Source of the DNA: a virus
Taxonomy: Duplodnaviria; Caudoviricetes
DNA length: 50,675 bases
Strand: one strand, 5' to 3'
IMG/VR virus record: IMGVR_UViG_3300047510_001736
Coordinates: 1-50,675 of that record
Position 1 is the first letter of the stretch. The number at the start of each line of letters is the position of its first letter. The translations under genes and the position numbers were made by a program. The notes beneath the pieces are model-generated. The model was given only the letters and a program-made list of their open reading frames with translations. It ran no database searches and had not been told where the DNA came from. Positions 24,721 through 32,300 of the stretch are shown here, one piece after another.

Positions 24721-25569
24721 ATGCAAAATACAAAAATGAAAGACTCTTCAATCGCCGCATCCTTTATGCGCGCTGGGATATACGACCCAAGTAAGTTTGG
24801 CCACGTCGTCTCGATGCCCAAGCTCAACGGCCTGAGATGCATGTACATTCCCGGCCAAGGGTTTTACTCACGCGACGGGAAGCGGTGGAATGATGCTGTC
24901 CTTGCGCACATCATTCCGCCCACAACAGACTACATACTCGACGGCGAGTTGTATTGTCATGGTATGAGTCTGCAGAGGATCAATAGTAATGTCGGCGTTA
25001 ATCGAATTGAACCCGGTCCGGATGCGGGATTTGTTGGATTCTGGGCATTCGATATTGTCGAGCCAAAGTATAATGCTCTTACGCGCATGCTCTTACTCGA
25101 TAAGATCTTTGCCGACAACAAAGGCAAGACGGCTAATATACGCTCAATTCATTGGTCTATCTGCAAAACGCGCATCGAATTGGATATGTGCTATCATGAC
25201 TATCTTGACGAAGACTACGAAGGTCAAATGCTCAAGAGCGTCTTCGGTTCCTATATGCCACAAGGCGAGAAGGAGCGCTCGACGATGAATCTCCAGAAGC
25301 GCAAAGCGTTTCTCGACGCTGAGTTCTTGTGCATTGGTCGCGTCGTATCTGACGAAGGCAAGTGCAAGGGTAAGCTTGGCGCCCTTGTTTTCGTTACTAA
25401 TAAAGGAGTGAGGTTCGAAGTCGGAACGGGCTTTACGGACGAAGAAAGAGAAGAATACATCAAGGAAGACTATGACTTCCGAAAGAAAGCAACGATCAAA
25501 TATCTCAACCTCACCGACGATGGCCGCCCATTCAATGCATCGTTCGTAGGCTGGCGCGATGACGTTTAA
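24721..25569 (+). CDS. ATP-dependent DNA ligase
   Basis: Motif I KLNGLR, III LDGELY, IIIa FDIV, IV EGQMLK, V KRK; OB domain VGTGFTDEER. Confidence 0.92.
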   Translation: MQNTKMKDSSIAASFMRAGIYDPSKFGHVVSMPKLNGLRCMYIPGQGFYSRDGKRWNDAVLAHIIPPTTDYILDGELYCHGMSLQRINSNVGVNRIEPGPDAGFVGFWAFDIVEPKYNALTRMLLLDKIFADNKGKTANIRSIHWSICKTRIELDMCYHDYLDEDYEGQMLKSVFGSYMPQGEKERSTMNLQKRKAFLDAEFLCIGRVVSDEGKCKGKLGALVFVTNKGVRFEVGTGFTDEEREEYIKEDYDFRKKATIKYLNLTDDGRPFNASFVGWRDDV

Positions 25570-25580
25570 TCTCTAAGAAT

Positions 25581-26123
25581 ATGTTCACACAAAACCTACC
25601 CGAGCATCTCTACACAAACGTAGACACAGCCTTCACGCACGAAAAGCCGCATGGCTTTATGCCCGCGATATGGTTCGCCATAACCTCAACGCCCGGCCGC
25701 GCATGGGGCTGTCATGTCTTGCTGGAAAACGGAGCGATCTATCGTAATCTACCACTTCATGCTCTGCATTTCGATCCCTGCGCTTTCTTAGATCTCTGGC
25801 ACCTCCATCAAGCCCAACGCTGGAATTGCTACGGATGGAAGTTTACCACAATCGAGTACACTTATCTTCAAGGTCTTCGATGCCTCGCGGATTGTGATGG
25901 CGAAAAATACAGCGGCAAGTATCTCTTCACCGCCGCGCCCTTCGACGACGGCTTCAGCGACGATCCCGAGCAGAACAAAGAGTTCCTCTTTATCCAACTC
26001 GACAACGGTCGCGTCACGGCCCAGCCCACGAACAAAGTCATGATCTTCGACGATAGCTTTCACAAAAACACTGAGTGGCCCGCGGGCTTGAAAGTATCTA
26101 AACGAATTTATTCTTGCGAATAA
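25581..26123 (+). CDS. Conserved-looking hypothetical phage protein
   Basis: 180 aa; LLENGAIYRNLPLHAL, QRWNC and LDNG..AQPTN patterns resemble an environmental-phage family of unknown function. Confidence 0.75.
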   Translation: MFTQNLPEHLYTNVDTAFTHEKPHGFMPAIWFAITSTPGRAWGCHVLLENGAIYRNLPLHALHFDPCAFLDLWHLHQAQRWNCYGWKFTTIEYTYLQGLRCLADCDGEKYSGKYLFTAAPFDDGFSDDPEQNKEFLFIQLDNGRVTAQPTNKVMIFDDSFHKNTEWPAGLKVSKRIYSCE

Positions 26124-26125
26124 CT

Positions 26126-27118
26126 ATGCCCACTCCGCACATTCACTGTCTGACCTCTCTCAAAGTCGCCGGGACGGGTTCGTTTAGATTAGCAAGCGGA
26201 CAATTCCTCGGAACCTACGGAGCGAATCTACAGAATCCCGACAAGGAAGCTCTTGATATCTACATAGCTCCTCCGAACCACACATTCGTACAATGCGACC
26301 AGAGCGGCGCCGAGGCTCTTATTGTCGCCAATCTTACACGACCGGGCAAATACAGAGAGCTCTTCAACGTCGGGATCAAACCCCACACCTTCATCGCGCT
26401 GCATATCTTCTGTGAGCAGATGCAAGACATATGGCCGCTTGCGGGGAAAAGTCCAAGCTATTGGAAATCTCTCAGCCCAACGCAACTCAAACAAGATCCC
26501 GATTGGAAACCTCTCGACAAAGCAATCAAATCCTCCGATAAAGAATACAAGATCGGCAAGATGGTCTGCCACGCTTCATCCTACAGGATGCGTGAGCGGA
26601 CCTTTCAGCTTCAAACATTGAAACAGAGTCACGGCACGTTGACTTTATCCCTGCAAGAATGCAAAGTCTTCCTCGGCTTCTTCGCAACCCTATTCCCAGA
26701 AATCATAGAATGGCAAGATGAAATTGAATTTAACATTCGCACTAAGCGTGAACTCCGGAATCTGTTTGGATATCCGCGTAGGTTCGAGAGAACTATCACT
26801 GACTCTTACATCCGGGAGGGCATCTCATGGGTTCCGCAGTCCACCGTGGGATGTATCACACACATTGCTGTTAACCGATTTAACAAAGAGCGGCCTAAAA
26901 ACACGCTACCGGCAATTAACAATAAACATGACTCTTTTCTGGCGCTGGTTCCGGATGGGCTTGTCGCTGATACAGCGAAACACATGCAAGAATGCCTCGC
27001 CATTTCACTCACCGGCCGAGATGGAGTGAACTTCACGATGAAGTCTGAGGCCCAAGCTGGGAAGAACTGGGGCAAATATTCAAAAGACAATCCCGGCGGG
27101 ATGAAAGATCTAGCTTAA
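26126..27118 (+). CDS. polA: DNA polymerase A, C-terminal catalytic subunit
   Basis: GTGSFRLAS...NLQNP, motif A QCDQSGAE, motif B KMVCHASSY, PQSTV, motif C NKHDS, GKNW. Start MPTPH at 26126. Confidence 0.9.
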   Translation: MPTPHIHCLTSLKVAGTGSFRLASGQFLGTYGANLQNPDKEALDIYIAPPNHTFVQCDQSGAEALIVANLTRPGKYRELFNVGIKPHTFIALHIFCEQMQDIWPLAGKSPSYWKSLSPTQLKQDPDWKPLDKAIKSSDKEYKIGKMVCHASSYRMRERTFQLQTLKQSHGTLTLSLQECKVFLGFFATLFPEIIEWQDEIEFNIRTKRELRNLFGYPRRFERTITDSYIREGISWVPQSTVGCITHIAVNRFNKERPKNTLPAINNKHDSFLALVPDGLVADTAKHMQECLAISLTGRDGVNFTMKSEAQAGKNWGKYSKDNPGGMKDLA

Positions 27119-27131
27119 GGCTCCTAAAAAT

Positions 27132-27147
27132 CGGCCCAAGAAAAGCT
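27132..27147 (+). promoter_or_regulatory. Sigma-54-type promoter (ARAAGCT class)
   Basis: CGGCCCAAGAAAAGCT (GG-N10-GC), intergenic; predicted +1 ~27158, ATG at 27159. Confidence 0.75.
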
Positions 27148-27158
27148 CCCTCCGCTTT

Positions 27159-27386
27159 ATGCGTCAGACGAATGACCGAATAACCCAGATCACAAACGCG
27201 ATCCGGGAGAAACTAAAAGAGTGGCCGCCTAACCTGCCGCCGCCCTCGGTCGTTATTGTACATGAGACCCATCTTCCCAGCGAGTTCGATCCGAACCTTG
27301 AGAAGCTCGAAGGTTTCGACGTAATCACCACACTCCAAATCCGCAAGAACTCTGTAAGACTCGCATACTTGCATGAGCCTATATGA
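27159..27386 (+). CDS. Small hypothetical protein
   Basis: 75 aa at the predicted start site; overlaps the next gene. Confidence 0.6.
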   Translation: MRQTNDRITQITNAIREKLKEWPPNLPPPSVVIVHETHLPSEFDPNLEKLEGFDVITTLQIRKNSVRLAYLHEPI

Positions 27387-28632
27387 AGACTGGTGTTTGT
27401 ACACAAAAGACGTACAAAGCCCGCAGCCGTTTGTCGATGCTGCTTTCTATTTCATGATCGGCGCCGCCCTTCAAAGGCGCGTCTGGTTCGGTGACCTTGA
27501 CTTCCACGCAGTATTTCCGAATCAATACATCGCTTTCATCGGACCCGCTTCGGCGGGTAAATCTCTCATTACGAGTCCGATGAAAGAACTCCTCGAAATC
27601 CCCGCCGAGATAAAAACTCCAGAGAATGATCTCGCCGCAGAACTACTCGGTGAAGATGCTTCTGATAACCGCAAAGGCGCACGACAGCCTCTTATCTATA
27701 TCGCTCCGAACAGTACGACCTTTGAGCAATTCACGCAAGAGACTTCTCGGGTGGCTTATTTACACCGCTACGTCGATTCTGAAAACAGACGCAAGGCCTA
27801 CCATCACAGCTCCCTCGTATTCATCCTCGACGAACTAACCTCAATCTTTAAGAAAAATGCCGAACAACTTTCAGACTTTCTTCTCGAAGCTTATAACGGT
27901 GGAAGAAAGTACGTTCGAAAACTTAAGCACAGCGACACTGACTTCTGCACAAATATGTGCATCAGTCTTTTGGGCAACACAACGCTCGGAAAGTTCCAAA
28001 GTCTTCAGAATCAAGATATTCTCTCGGACGGTTTTATGGCTCGAACGATTATCGTTTACGGCGTTGAAAAGCGTTTCCATCTTTATTCTATTCCCCCGCT
28101 TAACGAAGAACAAAAGGCGGCTAAACTTCGCTTGCAATCTTACATTAGGGAACTATCGAAACTATATGGCCCTTTGGCTCTAAACGACGAAGCTAAAGAA
28201 TACATCCACCACCATTTTGAGCTTCACCCAAATCTCGTCCACACCAACAAACATCCAATGCTGGACGAATACTACGGTCGCAAGAATCTTCATCATCAGA
28301 AGATCCTATTCGCCGTACACTTCGCGCGGACGCTGGATATGACCGTCACGAGAGAGGATGCAGAGAAGGCCACAGCGCACCTCGCTAATCTCGAAAAGGA
28401 TATGCATATCCCATTCGTCGGCATGGGCCGCAACGAAAGCGCAAAGATCTCAGAAGACATCTGGCGCTTTATCAAGACAACCCAAGGCGCCACGAAGAAA
28501 TCAATCTTTGTCAGGTTCTATCAGTCCCTCAAGACGCCTGATGAACTCCGTCGTGTGCTAGATGATCTAGTGACGATGGATCGGATAAAGTTAGTAAAAC
28601 TAAATAACATTGAACAGTATGTTGCAAAGTAA
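27373..28632 (+). CDS. P-loop NTPase, DUF3987-like (probable replicative helicase)
   Basis: Walker A GPASAGKS, Walker B FILDEL, DGFMAR motif, winged-helix-like C-terminus. Confidence 0.75.
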   Translation: MSLYEDWCLYTKDVQSPQPFVDAAFYFMIGAALQRRVWFGDLDFHAVFPNQYIAFIGPASAGKSLITSPMKELLEIPAEIKTPENDLAAELLGEDASDNRKGARQPLIYIAPNSTTFEQFTQETSRVAYLHRYVDSENRRKAYHHSSLVFILDELTSIFKKNAEQLSDFLLEAYNGGRKYVRKLKHSDTDFCTNMCISLLGNTTLGKFQSLQNQDILSDGFMARTIIVYGVEKRFHLYSIPPLNEEQKAAKLRLQSYIRELSKLYGPLALNDEAKEYIHHHFELHPNLVHTNKHPMLDEYYGRKNLHHQKILFAVHFARTLDMTVTREDAEKATAHLANLEKDMHIPFVGMGRNESAKISEDIWRFIKTTQGATKKSIFVRFYQSLKTPDELRRVLDDLVTMDRIKLVKLNNIEQYVAK

Positions 28633-29032
28633 TAATACACCAGAGCATATGCTTGCCGGAATGCTAAGAAACGCAGCCCCAGCGCCTATGCCCACCAATA
28701 TTCCACCTAGTATCTCGCAAACCAATGCGGGTCGTCGACAAGAGTTTCTTGAGACTGTAAGAAACTTCGTGTGCAAAGACCGCAACGTAACGCACGGCGA
28801 CGCTGAGGATAACTTCCGTGTGATCGCTACCTTGTGGGAGACTTACCTCAACAATACGCCTCCGCAGAATCTCAACTCCGTAGATGTCGCCATCATGATG
28901 TGCCTCTTCAAAGTTGCACGCCTTATGGCCAATCCTAAGAACATGGAGAACTGGCACGATCTCGCGGGCTATGCAGCCTGTGGCGGTGGGATAGTAATGA
29001 AGAAGTTAGAAGAAGAGAAACAACAATACTAA
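28610..29032 (+). CDS. DUF6378-like phage protein
   Basis: RNVTHGDAEDNF..IA.LW, DVAIMMCLFKVAR, NWHDLAGYAA; start uncertain. Confidence 0.75.
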   Translation: MNSMLQSNNTPEHMLAGMLRNAAPAPMPTNIPPSISQTNAGRRQEFLETVRNFVCKDRNVTHGDAEDNFRVIATLWETYLNNTPPQNLNSVDVAIMMCLFKVARLMANPKNMENWHDLAGYAACGGGIVMKKLEEEKQQY

Positions 29033-29036
29033 ACAT

Positions 29037-29330
29037 ATGGAACAAACAACACAACTCAACTTCGGGCAAGCTCTCGAAGCGTTGAAGAACGGGCGCTTTG
29101 TGTCCCGTGCTGGATGGAACGGAAAGGGAATGTATCTCTGGGTGCTTCCCGCCACAAAAGTTCCGGTCGAATGGTGCAAAGAAGCTCACCTTAAGAAGCT
29201 TGCCGAAGATGCCGGTGGCGCTTTGGACTGTCTTCCGTCCATTCGGATGAAAACCGCAGACGGGAAAGTCCTGACGGGCTGGCTCGCTTCTCAGACAGAT
29301 ATGTTTGCTGAAGATTGGTGCATCCTGTAA
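29037..29330 (+). CDS. DUF2829 / Tad2-like anti-defence nucleotide sponge
   Basis: NFGQALEALKNG..VSRAGWNGKGM...WLASQTDMFAEDW signature. Confidence 0.85.
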   Translation: MEQTTQLNFGQALEALKNGRFVSRAGWNGKGMYLWVLPATKVPVEWCKEAHLKKLAEDAGGALDCLPSIRMKTADGKVLTGWLASQTDMFAEDWCIL

Positions 29331-29332
29331 GT

Positions 29333-29373
29333 AAAATAAAACCCTCCTTGTTAATTCAAGGAGGGTTTTTTGT
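29333..29373. terminator. Bidirectional terminator at arm convergence
   Basis: A-run + ACCCTCCTTG-TTAATT-CAAGGAGGGT + T-run. Confidence 0.9.
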
Positions 29374-29382
29374 TCTTTAATT

Positions 29383-32300
29383 TTATCGCAAGCCACTCAA
29401 ACCTTCAACCAAACTCTTTCGATACTTATCTTCTTGTTCTCTTATTAGATATCTCTTTACGGTCTCCGATCCCAAGCCTTCTTCCGTTCCTTCAAGCCAG
29501 CTCAAGTATCTCGCTGCCTTAAGAGGCTGTCTTTCCAATGAAGGCATGATAGCATTCTGACTAGTCTTCAATTTTCTAATCCGGCTCGCATAGTCTTCTG
29601 GTGTCGTTGCTTGTTCCTTAGCGCGCATCACCAAACCTAATGCCTCTTCGCCGGTCTGTGGGGTAATCTCGCCCCGCTCGAATTCCCTTTCAGCTAAGTT
29701 CCCATAATTCACAGAGAACGCTCCTGACTGCGTAGGTGCGCCCGTCAACTCATCAAACAACCTACGCTTACGCCGATCATCATAGCGCAGATTCTCATCT
29801 TCATCCAACCAATTCTGCCCCACACGCGCAACCTGAACGTGTGATTTCGCCACATCCAGCATCATCTGACGCAGCACAAGACCAAAGTCTTCGCCATCGT
29901 CAATCGCTTTCAACGCAGCCGCAATCTTCTTACTCGTGTCAAACACAGCATTCGCGACCGGCGCCGTCGCCATACCTTGAGCCGTTCCGCCAACCGCCGC
30001 AGTCGTAACCATCTTAGCCAGATCGCCAGCAATACCAAACGTGCCTACATTCTGCACCATGTTAAGAAGCTTCACACTCAACTGCTTCATTCCCTCAGCG
30101 CCAAGCTCACCTTGATTCTGTTGCATCCAACTCTCAAGCTCGCTCCAATTCACGTCACGGCCTTCACGATTATTCATCCACTCGCGAATCTGTTCAACAG
30201 CCGCGCCGCCCATCACGCCGATAAGTAGATGTCCGAGCAAAGGCTTGACATTGCCCTGCAACGCAGGTTCAATAGCAAACTTCATGAAGTTGTTGTATTG
30301 CCCAGCGCTCCATTTGCTCCACGTCAAATAAGGCGCAGCGCCACTCTCAAGCATCCACGCGGGAAGCTGTGTCATGTCATAAGAACCTTGCATCAACTGA
30401 CCGAACTGTCCAGCAAGGTCTGCATCTGATCGAGTGCGCCAGTCAGGGCTAAGTGTATCAAGCATGCGCACAGCTTCTTTGTCGCCCGTGGCCGCTTTGC
30501 GCTTGTTGATCTGCACAAGAACTTCGCCCCAACCCTGCGCCATAGTCCGAGCAGCTTTCTCAAGCGTATTCAATCCCGTATACTTAGAAACAAACTCAGC
30601 GAATTTGTTCATGTAACCGGAAGCATCTCCAATTACGCCCGCAACCTGACGCATGTTCTGCGCGCCATCGCGTTTATTTAAGCCCGACGCGTAAGAGCGT
30701 TCTTGCAATGCCGACCAATCGCCAAGATTCTCAATAAACTTTAGCGTGCCCGGCAGATAATCACTGCCTTGAAGATACCTAAGCCCAGCGATCATCGTCG
30801 TAGGTATTTCGGTAGCCTTAGAGACAGTGCCGATTGTCAACGAACTAATTCCGCGAGAAGCTCCAGACGCAAGTTCATCTGGCCGACGAGCAGGTTTGCC
30901 ACTCATCTCACGCAAGATAGACTTTACGCTGTTGTCGTCTCCGATATAAGGAACAGCCGCTTTAATCTGTGGCGGAATAGGTTGATCATTGAAGTACTTC
31001 TCAGCACCCAGCGCAGCCATAATTTCCGGAGACTTCTCCATGTGCTCCTGCATCGCATAATCCATAGCCGAGCGACGATCATAATTCTCAACGAGCTTCA
31101 TGATGTTATACTCGCGCCATGATTCAGGCAGCGGAATGCCTTGAGCCTTACGAGCGCCAGCGAAAGTTCCTACGGCGGTCGGATCATAAGGCACAGACAT
31201 CTCACGAATAGCATCATTGAATTCTGCAATTGCGCGAGTCTGAGCTTCTTGCAACGGAACACCATTCTGTTGATGAAACTGCGTGTGCTGCTTGATGTAA
31301 TCATCCTTCAACTTAACGTATTCAGGAGAGCCTTGTTTTGTGGTGATAATATCACGCACACTATCACTCCACATATGGAACGGTCCATAGTAAGGATCAG
31401 TCAAACGCGCACGCTGACCGCCCGCAGTGCGGATAGTGTGACCGGCTTTGTTTGTCTCAGTGGGCCAGAACTTCTGCCACTCGTTACGATATTCGTTATA
31501 GGCCGCAGCGATCTCACTCGGAGGCTGAATGAAACGCTGCTGGTCAAACTCTTGACCGATATGCTTACCAAGCATCACTTGACGCTCAGGCGACAGCGAA
31601 GACATCGCTTGTTCTTTAGACGACGCCTGACCCTGCATGAATTTACGTGTGGCATAGTAGCTACGCATACCTTGCGCTACTTGGGAAAAGATGCCGCCAC
31701 GGGATTCAAGGTTGTCGATTTCTGAGAAGTTACGGAGGCGGTCGATAGGGCCGCGTTGATAACGGATGTCAGCGCTTTCAGGTGAGAAAGTTCCACGATT
31801 AGCTGTGGCAGACTTAACTTGCTCAGGCTTAAACGCAACAACCTCAAGAATCTCCGGAACGAAACCATTCTCAGTATAGCGCTGACGTTCTTTGATGATG
31901 CCATCATAACCCTGCTCACGCAACCAAGCGTTTCCGATCTCGCCGTTACCCAGAATGTCTGAATTGCGCGCGTCGTACTTGTCCATCAATTGTTTAAGTA
32001 ATGGCTCATTCGCAGGATCTTTGCGAATCTTATAACCAATATCCTGTAATGTCGCATCCGAGGTTACGCGATAAGGATTCTCAAGTGAAACATAAGCTGG
32101 GTATATACGAGAACCCGTACTTGTTCTGGCATATTCAGCTGCTCGCGCAGGTTCCGGTGTAAAGTAAGCGCCCGGTCCAAAGTTATACCCAGTCTTAGTT
32201 CTAAACTCCGTGAAGTCTGGGGCATCCGTTCCGTGATAAACGACCAAAGGCTTACCCTGTTCATCAACAACCTTACTGTTACCAAACCATGACTTAAACT

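Noticed and set aside
24717-26125. Group I/II intron or intein interrupting polA
   Set aside because: The interval is fully occupied by two ORFs, with no room for a ribozyme core and no homing endonuclease, RT or intein motifs.
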